From Macrostomum lignano (Eukaryota), in contig NIVC01001556.1 of the NCBI GenBank assembly GCA_002269645.1, positions 186,001 to 250,000 on the forward strand: 64,000 bases of DNA, written 5' to 3'. Both the position numbers and the translations under genes were made by a program. This document shows, one piece after another, positions 1 through 13,019 of the stretch (position 1 is its first letter; each line of letters opens with the position of its first letter). The notes beneath the pieces were generated by a model. That model saw only the letters and a list, made by a program, of their open reading frames with translations. It made no database searches and was not told the origin of the DNA.

Positions 1-306
1 GCGCCCAGATGCTAAGATGACAGAAGGAAGAATAATAATTTTAATCATCCCCGTTTTTTAGACAATAAAATTTCAATGGGGTTTCAAAATGATAGCAGCT
101 GGTGCTGTGCTCTGCTGCTTAGTAAATATAATTATATAAATATCCAGTGAGATCGCTTGTTCTATACTGAAGGATGGGCAGTATCAATATACCCCCAAGG
201 CCCTCGAGGCATGGTCTACCTGTTGTGACCGACCTTGGCTATTGATTGTTGGTTGGCATTCAGCCTATTTAAAATTATTTTTGTCATCCATCTGGGAGAC
301 AATTAG

Positions 307-3300
307 GAGTTCGTCTTGTCTCCGGGGTCGTCGCTATGCCATGTTATGACTGTCTATGACGACCGTTTTGAGCAAGAATTGGACTGCGGACTTCAGACAG
401 CGAAAGTAAGAAAGCAATTTTAACCTAATTCTTGGTCACCTTTGAAGCGTCATGTTGCATCCTTGAGGGTTCATACTGAGGACTCATTTTGACCCCACTG
501 ACGACTCATTTTGACCCCACTGACGATTCATTTTGACCCCCTGGGGATTCATTTTGACACCCTGAGGATTTATTTTGACCCCTAAGGATTCATTTTGACT
601 CTCCTGAGGATTCATTTTGACTCTCCTGAGGATTCATTTTGACTCTCCTGAGGATTCATTTTGACTCTCCTGAGGATTCATTTTGACTCTCCTGAGGATT
701 CATTTTGACTCTTCTGAGGATTCATTTTGACTCTCCTGAGGATTCATTTTGACTCTCCTGAGGATTCATTTTGACTCTCCTGAGGATTCATTTTGACTCT
801 CCTGAGGATTCATTTTGACTCTCCTGAGGATTCATTTTGACTCTCCTGAGGATTCATTTTGACTCTCCTGAGGATTCATTTTGACTCTCCTGAGGATTCA
901 TTTTGACTCTCCTGAGGATTTATTTTGACTCTTCTGAGGATTCATTTTGACTCTCCTGAGGATTCATTTTGACTCTCCTGAGGATTCATTTTGACTCTCC
1001 TGAGGATTCATTTTGACTCTCCTGAGGATTCATTTTGACTCTCCTGAGGATTCATTTTGACCCCCTGAGGATTTATTTTGACCCCTGAGGATTCATTTTG
1101 ACTCTCCTGAGGATTCATTTTGACTCTCCTGAGGATTCATTTTGACCCCCTGAGGATTCATTTTGACTGTCCTGAGGATTCATTTTGACCCCCCCTCCTT
1201 GAGGATTTATTTTGACCCCCCCTCCCTGAGGATTCATTTTGACCCCCCTCCCTGAGGATTCACTTTGACTCTTTTATGCAGCTTCACTTTGACTCATTGA
1301 AGTCCTCATTTAGACGTTTGAGAATATTTTTCACCTGTACATATGACAACTCTGCAGCACCATCTGTGCTGACTGAAACGCCGTCTCCAAAAATTCTATG
1401 AAAAACAATTTTCCCATTGCAATTTTTGTGGCTTCTCTTCTAGGCGGAAGAAAGAGAAACATCAAAACAATTTTAAAAATCTGCCGGTGGGATAAACTGT
1501 TGACGGCGAAACTCAACACTGCCGTTTTATGGTCCTTGGCGCACCTGAGGCCAGGATAAGTGGGGAATCAAAGACTGTGGAAGACTGCGAAGATATTTTT
1601 GAAAATGGAGGGCCCGCTAGGAGAAAGATGGAGAGAAATAGTCTCACCCGAGACTCTCCCGCTTTTTTTCCTTAATCCGAGTTTAAAGTAGAGAAGCAGT
1701 TTGAGATTTAACCTGCCAACCCCCCGCTGCGCGCGGCTTTCACAATCTCCCCCTAACCCCAGCGGGGAGCTCGGGGATTTGAACTGCTCTGGGGTCTAAA
1801 TGGGATAAACCAGGCATAGAAAATCCCAACCCCTGCATTAGCTATGCATGGGCAAGCTAAAGCAGAAGGCCGCTGCAAACGCGTTTGGAGCAGATTACTG
1901 CTGCAAAATGCATCAGCGAGACAGGAACATGTAGCGCTGATGTTCCCGACCGATTTTGTCTATGGCCAAACCCCATTCAGCGCTGTGCAAAAATCTGTTT
2001 TGAAAATATGACTGTATTTTGAGCGCTTTCACTCGTCAATTTTTTTCGCAATTCTCTGTTTTGGCAAAACTTGAAAGAGCACCTCACTTTATTTTGGCGA
2101 TCTGTGACTGCTGCGGCCTTCTGCCTCAGCTGTCACGCCAGCACAAAGCGAAAAGCAGATCCGTTTTGCCAGGTTAGATGAAGGAAGCAGGGAAGCCAGT
2201 TGTGGCTTGAGAATCTTCCGATTTGCCTGACGCAGGAGCCTGATTGAGTTCAGATTTCCTGTTCCTTATCCAGTGTCAAACGAGTCTGGATCCCCTCAGT
2301 TACTGAAATCAGAGCGCCGCTGTTGCAGCATCCGTTCGAGTCTCAGTTCCGCTCCTTTCTGCCTTGAGTATCCGCCTGGCAACGTCTGTTCCAATCTCTC
2401 TTTATTTCCCATTGTGCCCGTGAGAGCAACACGATAGGCGCTTCTCCCCTAGAAGAAGAAGCTAAGGGAGAGAAGTTGAAGCTTTACTCGCCTGAGGACT
2501 TCCAATGAGTCGAATGGAGCACGCATCTTTCCAAATAAAGATTGCTATAGGGGATGGGGCAGTGATCAACTTGATACTCATTTTTAAACTCGCCGTCTTC
2601 TGATTTATCAAATCTATAAAGGTCTCAAATTTACACTCCCTAAACTCGTCAGTTCGACGCTGCCTGAGGGCAGTTGCCGACCCCCCCTCTCTCCCAACTG
2701 TTGCGCTGGACAATGGGATGTGGCACACAAAATCACGGTCGAGGGAAGGTTGGTGCACATGTTGAATCAGAGGAATTTAACTAGCCAGTCATTTGCTGCA
2801 CAGGGGGTCCGGCTTGGCATACCCAGCCAAATATTTGCCTCCTGTTGTGTCAGACACCATTGATCAGTTCGCATGTTGTGCTTCTGCCTGGCATGGCAAC
2901 TGCACATCAACACAGTAGCCATCCTAGCAGGTGTTAAGTATCGGACTCAATGCTTTGAACATTTCTTATCACTCTTTCCGTTATCTCTCATCACTCTCTT
3001 TCCACTATCTCTCATCACTCTTTCCGCTATCTCTCATCACTCTTTCCACCATCTTTTATGACTCTCTTTCCGCTATCTCTCATCACTATCTCTCCGCTAT
3101 CTCTCATCACTCTCTTTCCGCTATCTCTCATCACTCTTTTCCGCTATCTCTCATCACTATCTTTCCGCTATCTCTCATCACTCTTTTCCGCTATCTCTCA
3201 TCACTATCTTTCCGCTATCTCTCATCACTATCTTTCCGCTATCTCTCATCACTCTTTTCCGCTATCTCTCATCACTATCTTTCCGCTATCTCTCATCACT

Positions 3301-5057
3301 ATCTTTCCGCTATCTCTCATCACTCTTTTCCGCTATCTCTCATTACTCTTTTCCGCTATCTCTCATCACTATCTTTCCGCTATCTCTCATCACTCTTTTC
3401 CGCTATCTCTCATTACTCTTTTCCGCTATCTCTCATCACTCTTTTCCGCTATCTCTCATCACTCTCTTTCCACTATCTCTCATCACTCTTTCCGCTATCT
3501 CTCATCACTCTCTTTCTGATCTTTTTCGTTCCTTTTCTCGGCTTCACCAAATGGCAAAAATCAATGTTCAATTATATATCACAACAGATATTTGTAATTA
3601 ACCTAAAGCAGATATGACTCAGTGGTGCTCTTAATCTCTAAGGATCTTTTAAAATGAGAGACAATACACTGGAGCACAATGAAGTTTGCATTAATTCTTC
3701 AGAGCCCAGAACACAACCCCAGCCAGCACACTGTCGCAGCCTTCAGTTGACTATTCTTTCATCCTGTTCTCCATCAACCAGAAGCCAAGCCAAATTCGAA
3801 CTGTGAATAATACAGGAGAGCCTCGTTGTTGAGTAAAAGATGGGCGGACTGTTTAGTGGAAGGGGAATAAAAGAAATAGGGGATCTTTCAAGCGGGATCT
3901 CTGCGATGCGGAAAAGCTGGGGGTCTGGCTGTGAGGCTGGGCTCAGCTGCGCCAGGCGCTGTAGGGGGCCTCAAATAAAGGACCGGAGCGCAAAGGGAGG
4001 CTGAAGAAACGATGGGGAACAACTCGGCTCTCTCTTTATCGGCGGGTAGGGGAGGAGGAAAGCCGAGGAAAAAAAATTCAAAGATCCCGGCGGGAGAAGC
4101 TGTGTCGAGTAGATAAGCATCGGGTGGGAAATCTGTGTTAAAGAGAGAGGAGTTAAACGAATCCAGGTGTGCCATTGTCTCGCTTGACCGCTTTTTTTCC
4201 TGTAGCGGCAAGCTTTTCTGTTAAATGTCGCGAATTTTCTGAGTTCATCTCGGAGGGTGGCGGGTTTAAGGGCGGACAATCTCCTATACTAGCTTGTTGT
4301 TCAATCTAGCTATTTCTCTCTTGAGTACACGAGTCAAAAAAATTTCGAACAAGTTTAACAATATTATCGACTATGATTTCAGAAATGCAGGTGTGTTACT
4401 ATACTGCAGGCAGGCAAAGCAGAGTATAACTGTTAACTATTACGAATCTAATTATCTTTACTTCTGGAGTTTCAGAGTTTAGCACAAACTTTAATTATTA
4501 ATTATTATGGCTAGCCAGCGAAATTTCGTTCCACTGACGTTTTCAGGGCTTGTATACCAAACAACTAGACACAAAAAAGGAATGAACAGTAAATTAGTTC
4601 CGTATAGGGCGGATCAGTCTAGTTCCCTGTACAAATTCAATATAAAATCAATAGTCAATATCGTATAGTCTCTACATATAGAACTCTGAGTTGGTGCTCC
4701 ACCCCATTCAAGTTGATAGGCTTATGCATGCAATTCGACTTACGAAGCTGATCAAATTGTTTTTGCACCCATCTATCACATTTTGACAGCTGCATTGGAT
4801 TGTCGTTGCATAGCATATGCCGCAAGGACCACTACAGTACGTGTACAGCTACAGTGTATATACAGCTATATACAGTGGTCCTTGATATGCAGTTGCAACC
4901 TTTCGGATGCGTCGTTGCGTCTCTAAGCCTGGTCCAGCCGTTCCTGGAGCCATGGCTCCAAGCCTGACGCCGCCGTTTCCTACGTTCCATCAGATTCAGC
5001 TTGCCCCAGCTCCTATAGACGTGCAACCATGCAGTCATCCAAAGCAAGCGCAGCTCG
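307..5057 (+). CDS. Candidate upstream exons of uncharacterised gene 1: 307-405, 2854-2930, 3703-3802, 5019-5057 (5' end outside the window or not found)
   Basis: Each segment is AG/GT bounded and stop-free. Phases chain 0-0, 0-2, 2-0, 0-0 into the exon at 6450. Translations: EFVLSPGSSLCHVMTVYDDRFEQELDCGLQTAK / TPLISSHVVLLPGMATAHQHSSHPSR / AQNTTPASTLSQPSVDYSFILFSINQKPSQIRT / TCNHAVIQSKRSS. No homology recognised. Confidence 0.35.
475..1272. repeat. Minisatellite, 22-bp unit CCTGAGGATTCATTTTGACTCT
   Basis: Direct periodicity of 22; about 35 copies. Confidence 0.95.
2963..3520. repeat. Minisatellite, 23-24-bp unit CCGCTATCTCTCATCACT(A/-)(T/C)TTT
   Basis: Direct periodicity; explains the ORFs at 2931 and 3058. 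Confidence 0.95.
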
Positions 5058-6449
5058 GTGAGTCTTCGGGATTTACATGTAAGTACGTGAACCGACTCCT
5101 CGGCAACTTCCTGTACAGGAGTATACATGTAGATTGGCTGAACTGCTCGCCTGCACTTTGGTTCTGACATAATTAAAAAATTTACATGTATTACGTACTT
5201 AAAAATTTTTTAATTTTTGAACACCTTTTTGTTTAAGCGCTTTTAAACATGCAATGCTTACAATAACAAAAAGTATACATTCGCTCATTGCGCTAGCTCC
5301 TTCGTTGCATGCATTGTATGCGCGCTTAGTTAAAATATGTATATCTTCTCCGTGACGCTCTCATGGCACGTTTCAAACTTAAATTGCAAATCACGAAAAA
5401 AAATCACCGGCTTCGTGTAATTTAAAGCAATTGAGGTTTTTAAGCAGTTAAACAAACTCAGAATCTGATTGTTTTACAGAGATTTTACTCAGACTGTTAT
5501 ACTAAGTAATCAGTTTAAATTCAGCTTTTAAAAAACTTGCGTACAGTAAATATTAAAAAATCCCTGGTAAATTTTGTGTACATCTCGAATTCTAAATTCT
5601 AGATGATCGCACAGATTTGATAACGTAACCAATTAACATACTCTTAGTACGTTTAATTGATAAAACTAGGTACTCTGACGATGATGCATTAAACTAAACA
5701 ATAATGCAATAAAGAATACAATAAAGCAAAAGAGTTGAGAGTTTGCTACTTGATTAAAACTTTTTTCTTTGAAACTCTTCAAACCAAACACATCAATTGG
5801 GACTAGAGAAAAAGACATCTGCTGTTTTAAGCTATGCATATCTGTGTCACTATCTTAGCAAATACGTCTGGTTTTTAAAATGATATGTCAAGCAAAATTT
5901 GGCGACAGGGCACATCAAAGAAATTTAATTGAAATATGCGGCACACTTGATGCAAGTTCGTTCTTTTTAAAGCTCGACCAAAAAACAAATGAACGCAATA
6001 GAACGGTGAGTGTTTATTCTAATTTTGTTGAGATTGAGATATTATGTCAGTCTTTTTGTTAGTCTGTGCTGTCTTTTAGTTATTTATTATAGCCCAAATA
6101 TAATTCCTATATGCTATGAATTTATTATTTTTGCTATATATTTTATTTAACAGGTAACCAGCTTATCTTAAAATAATACATCAAATTATATTTAACAATC
6201 CAAAATTTAAAATTTAAACACAAAATTACCCATGTGGCTTAAGATTTTATTTGGGTTGATACAAGAATATCTTAAAACAAATTACAATCTTTTATAAATT
6301 TGATTTGCTTCAAACAAAGAAGTAAAAAGCAAATCGAAATAGGTTGATTTCCACAATCAGGATTTTTTGTCAGTAAATATAATAGTAAACGTATGAGAAA
6401 TCCTAAAAACGGATTTAGTAATTCCAATATCGAAATGACCGACTTTCAG

Positions 6450-6964
6450 GCCAGCGACAGGCGCAACCAATTCCTCACCGGCTGGGAGACCGGGGTCGAC
6501 AATCAGCTGACGCCGCCAAAGGCCGCATACACGGTGAAACCGATCGCCCGGCAGCAGCAGCAGCAGCCCAGTTTCCTTAACAAGACTGGAGGTGGCATCC
6601 GGTCGAAGCCGTTTGTCTTTGTACAGTCACTCAGCTCGGAGGGTTACCTGAAGTGCTACACCAATGAGCACAGCTACCTAGCAAATCTCTACGCTAGCGG
6701 GACTCAGCAGCAGCAGCAGCTACGCCAGGCGCCCTCAATTAGCGGCTTCCCTGTCCGACTGTCCTCACCACCTCCGTTCTTGTCTCCTCCGCCACCACCG
6801 CAGCCGCGGCCGCAGTCTCCGCCTCCGCCGCAACAAGCAGCGGCTCGTAGCGGCAGCGCTGGCAGCGAGCGGGTGACGCGGCTGTTCCAGCAGCAGACAG
6901 CCACCTCCTCTGCGGAGCTCGAGGCCGCAGGCTCCATCGGTCAGCAAGTCGATTTGGTCACCAA
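6450..6964 (+). CDS. Internal exon of uncharacterised gene 1 (Gln/Pro-rich)
   Basis: Acceptor ctttcag at 6449 and donor GTTAGT at 6965 (phase 2). GC-rich open frame ASDRRNQFLTGWETG...QQVDLVTK lies inside the 6393-7022 ORF. Confidence 0.7.
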
Positions 6965-7101
6965 GTTAGTTGGCGCTTGGATTATTTTAATTCGCTCTTT
7001 CTATGGAAAGAAAAAAGAGTGAAATTTTAGGCAGCATCAGATTTTCCGTCTGCGTCTACGGCCGGAGATCTCGAAGATCTTTTTAAATCCTGTCCCTCTC
7101 C

Positions 7102-9437
7102 TAGATCCTCAGCTGCTGGGCCAGCCTCCCAGATCCTCAGCTGCTGGGCCAGCCTCCCAGATCCTCAGCTGCTGGGCCAGCCTCCCAGATCCTCAGCTGC
7201 TGCAGGGCCAGCCTTCCAGATCCTCAGCTGCTGGGCCAGCCTCCCAGATCCTCAGCTGCTGGGCCAGCCTCCCAGATCCTCAGCTGCTGCAGGGCCAGCC
7301 TTCCAGATCCTCAGCTGCTGGGCCAGCCTCCCAGATCCTCAGCTGCTGGGCCAGCCTCCCAGATCCTCAGCTGCTGGGCCAGCCTCCCAGATCCTCAGCT
7401 GCTGGGCCAGCCTCCCAGATCCTCAGCTGCTGCAGGGCCAGCCTTCCAGATCCTCAGCTGCTGGGCCAGCCTCCCAGATCCTCAGCTGCTGGGCCAGCCT
7501 CCCAGATCCTCAGCTGCTGGGTCAGCCTTCCAGATCCTCAGCTGCTGGGCCAGCCTCCCAGATCCTCAGCTGCTGGGCCAGCCTCCCAGATCCTCAGCTG
7601 CTGGGCCAGCCTCCCAGATCCTCAGCTGCTGGGCCAGCCTCCCAGATCCTCAGCTGCTGGGCCAGCCTTCCAGATCCTCAGCTGCTGGGCCAGCCTTCCA
7701 GATCCTCAGCTGCTGGGCCAGCCTTCCAGATCCTCAGCTGCTGGGCCAGCCTCCCAGATCCTCAGCTGCTGGGCCAGCCTCCCAGATCCTCAACTGCTGG
7801 GTCAGCCTCTCAAATCCTCAGCTGCTGGGTCAGCCTCCCAGATCCTCAGCTGCTGGGCCAGCCTTCCAGATCCTCAGCTGCTGGGCCAGCCTCCCAGATC
7901 CTCAGCTGCTGGGCCAGCCTTCCAGATCCTCAGCTGCTGGGCCAGCCTCCCAGATCCTCAGCTGTTGGGCCAGCCTCCCAGATCCTCAGCTGCTGGGCCA
8001 GCCTTCCAGATCCTCAGCTGCTGGGCCAGCCTCCCAGATCCTCAGCTGCTGGGCCAGCCTCCCAGATCCTCAGCTGCTGGGCCAGCCTCCCAGATCCTCA
8101 GCTGCTGGGCCAGCCTCCCAGATCCTCAGCTGCTGGGCCAGCCTTCCAGATTCTCAGCTGCTGGGCCAGCCTCCCAGATCCTCAGCTGCTGGGCCAGCCT
8201 CCCAGATCCTCAGCTGCTGGGCCAGCCTCCCAGATCCTCAGCTGCTGGGCCAGCCTTCCAGATCCTCAGCTGCTGCAGGGCCAGCCTTCCAGATCCTCAG
8301 CTGCTGCAGGGCCAGCCTTCCAGATCCTCAGCTGCTGCAGGGCCAGCCTTCCAGATCCTCAGCTGCTGCAGGGCCAGCCTTCCAGATCCTCAGCTGCTGC
8401 AGGGCCAGCCTTCCAGATCCTCAGCTGCTGCAGGGCCAGCCTTCCAGATCCTCAGCTGCTGCAGGGCCAGCCTTCCAGATCCTCAGCTGCTGGGCCAGCC
8501 TCTCAAATCCTCAGCTGCTGGTTCAGCCTCCCAAATCCTCAGTTACTGGGTCAGCCTCCCAAATCCTCAGCTGCTGGGCCAGCCTCTCAAATCCTCAGCT
8601 GCTGGGTCAGCCTCCCAGATCCTCAGCTGCTGGGCCAGCCTCTCAAATCCTCAGCTGCTGGTCCAGCCTCCCAGATCCTCAGCTGCTGGGCCAGCCTCCA
8701 AGATCCTCAGCTGCTGGGCCAGCCTCCCAGATCCTCAGCTGCTGGGCCAGCCTCCCAGATCCTCAGCTGCTGGGCCAGCCTCCCAGATCCTCAATTACTG
8801 GGCCACCCTCCCAGATCCTCAATTACTGGGCCAGCCTCCCAGATCCTCAGCTGCTGGGCCAGCCTTCCAGATCCTCAGCTGCTGGCCAGCCTTCCAGATC
8901 CTCAGCTGCTGGGCCAGCCTTCCAGATCCTCAGCTGCTGGGCCAGCCTTCCAGATCCTCAGCTGCTGGGCCAGCCTTCCAGATCCTCAGCTGCTGGGCCA
9001 GCCTTCCAGATCCTCAGCTGCTGGGCCAGCCTTCCAGATCCTCAGCTGCTGGGCCAGCCTTCCAGATCCTCAGCTGCTGGGCCAGCCTTCCAGATCCTCA
9101 GCTGCTGGGCCAGCCTTCCAGATCCTCAGCTGCTGGGCCAGCCTTCCAGATCCTCAGCTGCTGGGCCAGCCTTCCAGATCCTCAGCTGCTGGGCCAGCCT
9201 CCCAGATCCTCAGCTGCTGGGCCAGCCTCCCAGATCCTCAGCTGCTGGGCCAGCCTCCCAGATCCTCAGCTGCTGGGCCAGCCTCCAGATCCTCAGCTGC
9301 TGGGCCAGCCTCCCAGATCCTCAGCTGCTGGGCCAGCCTCCCAGATCCTCAGCTGCTGGGCCAGCCTCTCAAATCCTCAGCTGCTGGTCCAGCCTCCCAA
9401 ATCCTCAGTTACTGGGTCAGCCTCCCAGATCCTTAAC
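7102..9437. repeat. Minisatellite, 28-bp unit CAGATCCTCAGCTGCTGGGCCAGCCTCC (31-bp variants)
   Basis: About 80 copies; the 501-aa ORF at 7965 is a repeat read-through. Confidence 0.97.
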
Positions 9438-9588
9438 TGGAGCACAGCCCTAAAAAGCTCTCCAGTTTGAGATACTAGTATCAGTTGCAGGGAGATTAAG
9501 TATCTGACCTCGCTCACTAATCAAAAACTTCTATTTAAAAGTGTCTGCAGTGCCAACAAATTAACTGACTCGCCTCCCTACCCTGCAG

Positions 9589-9621
9589 GAAAATTGTCCC
9601 TCCTTCGTACTTCATAATCAG
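9589..9621 (+). CDS. 33-nt exon of gene 1 (KIVPPSYFII)
   Basis: Acceptor cctccctaccctgcag and donor GTGAGC. Phase 2-2 matches both neighbouring exons. Confidence 0.55.
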
Positions 9622-9979
9622 GTGAGCGATAGAGGCGCAATTCGACAGGTGGAAAAATGACAACGCGCTCTCTCGGTTCTTTGTTAAACAGTTTTGTACT
9701 CTCATAAGCTGGCCTAATAAAAGGCCGGAAACCGATGCGATAGCAGCAGCTGCTTGCTTGCTCGCTCATTGCACCCAATTATAGATATACTCGTATCAAA
9801 CTTTTATTACAGTGGGGTCCAGTTTAATTGAATGTCCACTCTTCAATGCCGCTTCTCAGCAGAACAATAGCCTTTGAAGTGGAAAATGCCCGTCTCAGCC
9901 AGCGCTTAGTGTCACAAAATGATAACACTGGCATTTGTGAAATATGAGCTTATTCGGAAAAAATAGACCAACAACTGAG

Positions 9980-10330
9980 CAGGGGTCAGAAAAGGTTCGG
10001 CCCGCCGTCCTTTGAAACTTCACAATAGCAATTCGGGCCGCTCAAGCTCTCTTCTGTCCTCTTTTCCCTCTCCTCTCTTCTCTCTTCTCTCCTCTCTTCT
10101 CTCTTCTCTCTTATTCACTTTCTTTCTCTTCTCTCCTCTCCCCTATTTTCTCTCCCCTCCTCTCTCCCCTCTTCTCTCTTTTCTCTTTTCCCATCTCTCA
10201 TCTCTTCTCAAATCCCATAGCTCATACCATCTCTCCTCTCATCTTCTCTTTTCGCTTTTATTCTAACTTCTCTCATCTCTTATCTATTTTCTCTTCAGTA
10301 TCTCTATTCCGTGTCTTTCCTTCGCTCATC
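9980..10330. mobile_element. Degenerate relative of the 11586 MITE
   Basis: Starts CAGGGGTCAG...GGCCCGC and shares AACTTCACAATAGCAAT and a CT-rich interior with 11586-11835. Right end unclear. Confidence 0.4.
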
Positions 10331-10449
10331 TACCCCGCAGCCATTTAGCTATAGGCTATTTATTTCCCTGGAGGTAAAAAAGTTCACCGAACCTGAACTA
10401 CTCGTAATAGTAAAGCTTCAACCCAAAGTTTAGCATAGGCTAGAAACAC

Positions 10450-10451
<2 letters not shown>

Positions 10452-10533
<82 letters not shown>
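10452..10533. repeat. (GA)n microsatellite
   Basis: About 40 perfect units. Confidence 0.97.
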
Positions 10534-10535
<2 letters not shown>

Positions 10536-10750
10536 AACTGTAGTTTTTATCTCTCCCTGCTTTTGATAACTTAAGCAGAGGAAACAAAAAGAAAGTTTAC
10601 GACTGCACTAACAAGCAACAAATGCACAATTTAACATGACTTTTTGCGCTTCGAATGTCAGTAACATTGACGGCTTAAGTGGCATGGGGAAACTTGACTT
10701 CGTTTCTTAGAAAATCTTTGAAGGCTTGGGTTATACTATAGAGATAGATG

Positions 10751-10939
10751 CACAACAACAGCAGCAACAACAACGACAACAACAACAACAACAACAACAA
10801 TAACAACAACAACAACAACAATAACAACAACAATAACAATAACAACAACAACAATAACAACAACAACGACAACAATAACAACAAAAACAACAACAACAAC
10901 AACAATAACAACAAAAGCAACATCAACAACATCAACAAC
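10751..10939. repeat. (AAC)n microsatellite
   Basis: Imperfect AAC/AAT tract, interrupted at its right end by the LINE fragment. Confidence 0.95.
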
Positions 10940-11409
10940 GGCCCGGATGGACCAGGCTGGACGGCTGAAGCAGCTAAGCTGGAGATCAGGACCCACCTGC
11001 AGAGACGCAGCGGCTGGAGGCACACCAGGTCGGAGGCGACGTACGGCGCCGGCGGCCCCAAATGGCGCACCGAAGCCAGATGGCCGGTGGCGGAGAGGGC
11101 CGAATACGTGCGCTTCCGCGTTGGCCACAGCACCAAGCTAGCGGCGTACGCAAACCGCATCGGCCTTGCTACATCGGCGACCTGCCAGCACTGCGAACTT
11201 GGCGAACAAACGAACGTGCACGTGGCCACAGAATGTCCTGCCCTGGACCGTGTACGACGACAGCTCGGCGTGACCAGCCTGAGCGACCTCTGCCGCGAGC
11301 CGGAGGCCGGTCGCCGGCTGTGGAATGCGTTCCTGCAACTTTAGAGAGCCGAGTTTGCCCGAATCAGACAGCCCCAACAACAACATTGCGAAAAAACAAA
11401 AAAACAAAA
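10940..11409 (+). mobile_element. 5'-truncated non-LTR retrotransposon (ORF2 C-terminus with CCHC zinc knuckle, I/Ingi/R1-like)
   Basis: Encodes RFRVGHSTKLAAYANRIGLATSATCQHCELGEQTNVHVATECPAL (C-x2-C-x8-H-x4-C), then a stop, a short 3' UTR and an A-rich tail. Flanked by the direct repeat AACATCAACAAC at 10928-10939 and 11410-11421. Confidence 0.8.
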
Positions 11410-11585
11410 AACATCAACAACAACAACAGAATACGCTGTTAGGTCTTATGAAAACAGCGTCACAGGGCGCAAACATTGGCAAGTAACTGACGTCATAAAA
11501 CAGTCAAGTCACAAAAAAGACAAGCATTCGATATTTTTAAAGCAACGAAGCGTCCGTTTAAGGCCTGGTCCGACCGATTAAGACC

Positions 11586-11835
11586 CATGGGTCGGCAAAC
11601 TCAGGCCCGCGAAGCCTCTCTAACCGACCCTCGCGTTCTTTGTAACTTCACAATAGCAATCCAGCCCGCTCAGTGCGTTTATCGCTTCTCAGCTCTCTTC
11701 TCTTTTCTCTCCTTTCCCTTCTCTCCACTCTCTTCTCTCCTCTCCTCTCCTCCCCTCTCCTCTTTCCCTATTCCGGCCCGCAATCATGCGCTGTGTTCAT
11801 CTGGCCCCTAAAGTAAAAAGGTTTGCCGAACCCTG
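11586..11835. mobile_element. hAT(Charlie)-like MITE
   Basis: Ends CATGGGTCGGCAAAC ... GTTTGCCGAACCCTG form an imperfect TIR of the CAGGGGTCGGCAAAC type. CT-rich interior; no clean 8-bp TSD. Confidence 0.6.
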
Positions 11836-12266
11836 GCTTAAGCCGTCCTTGATCACTGCATAGCTAACAGCCTGCTTAAGCGCCAACCACCGCGTCAACA
11901 TGAAGGTATCGCAACCGAATCGTGTGGCCCAAATCTCAGAAATCTTCAAGGTAAAATTTTAAACGCAAGCAAACTGCTTCAATTTTCAAATTTCGCCGTA
12001 ACTACCGCAAATATCCCAGAAATTGCTTCAAAATTGATTTATCCCATGATGATTCGCAGTCGCGAATATAATTTCAACAAAAACGGACAAAAATTAGAAA
12101 ACTTGATCTCACTAAAATATGAATATGAATATTATGCTGTAATAATGCCAAAATTAACGCTTTATCTAATATTATACTACTCAGCTGCTTCGAGTAGTAA
12201 GTAGTACTGACCAGTTGTAAAGTTTTACTCTCTCCATCTCTCCCTCTCACTTCTATTCATTCACAG

Positions 12267-12336
12267 CGGTCGTGCCAAGCCCGAAGCGAATTCGAGTGGC
12301 GCGAAACGCCTTGAGCCTCTGACTCTGCTTACTGAG
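12267..12336 (+). CDS. 70-nt exon of gene 1 (GRAKPEANSSGAKRLEPLTLLTE)
   Basis: Acceptor ttctattcattcacag and donor GAG/GTGAGC. Phase 2-0. Confidence 0.6.
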
Positions 12337-13019
12337 GTGAGCTGGGCTGGCATGTACCACTAAATATTATTATCATATCGCTTGTTGTACCGTATTATTC
12401 TTGTAGAAGCATCCTTTACAACTATTGCATGTTTATTAATTCAAAATGAACTTTCTTTAGCTTAGTTGGTCATTTAAATTGTAGTAGATGGAAAGAGTTT
12501 AATTGTATCTAAATTAACCGGCTATGGTTGCTTATTGAATGATCTGATTTCAAAATATTTGCAGCGGACTATGAAGTTTTTGACAGACTCTTCCGAAAAT
12601 GGCAGACGAGCCCCTGCACAGGAGCCCAGAGTAAAAAACTTGTGCATTTTCATTGCAATCTGAGTGCAGTTTAATAAATCTCAGAGCTCTGATGTGTTGT
12701 GGTTGGCATAACAATGACCTTTTGCGGTTGCGCCAGTAACTCAAAATTTACTAATCCGATAAATTAGCTTGATCTACAGGTGTTATTAACTAATCGCTAT
12801 GCACTTTTTCAGTTAATCGATCAACTCTCGGAATTTAACAGCCAAGCAATGAGCCTTCAATTAATAAAGTTTGCGCTTAAATTTCCTAATGAATTTCCTT
12901 AAAATTTAATTCCTACAAGCATGTATTTAGATGCAACTATCTATGCAATCTATTACACCATTAGTTTTTAGAATTCTGCCCAACAAAATTGCAAAAAATA
13001 TTATCATAACCTATTGCGA

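Noticed and set aside
2100-2760. Very degenerate LINE ORF2 (RNase H/zinc-finger end) on the minus strand, loosely similar to 28838-29143
   Set aside because: Only faint motif echoes across several frames and stops; not supportable without a profile search.
4495-4560. Hammerhead-ribozyme/Penelope-like end on the minus strand (CTGAAAACGTCAGTGGAACGAAA next to a (TAA)n run)
   Set aside because: The core reads CUGAAAA rather than CUGANGA and I cannot build helices I-III. An Infernal search with hammerhead models would settle it.
4893-5057. Longer version of the exon ending at 5057 (ORF 4907-5167 frame)
   Set aside because: It gives a phase-1 donor incompatible with the phase-0 acceptor at 6450. 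It could be an alternative exon, but I found no bridging exon.
7965-9470. 501-aa ORF, and similar long ORFs at 2931, 21245, 33062, 36288-37568, 48590, 49512 and 63015
   Set aside because: They are read-throughs of stop-free tandem repeats, open in several frames, mostly with non-ATG starts, and often lie inside predicted introns.
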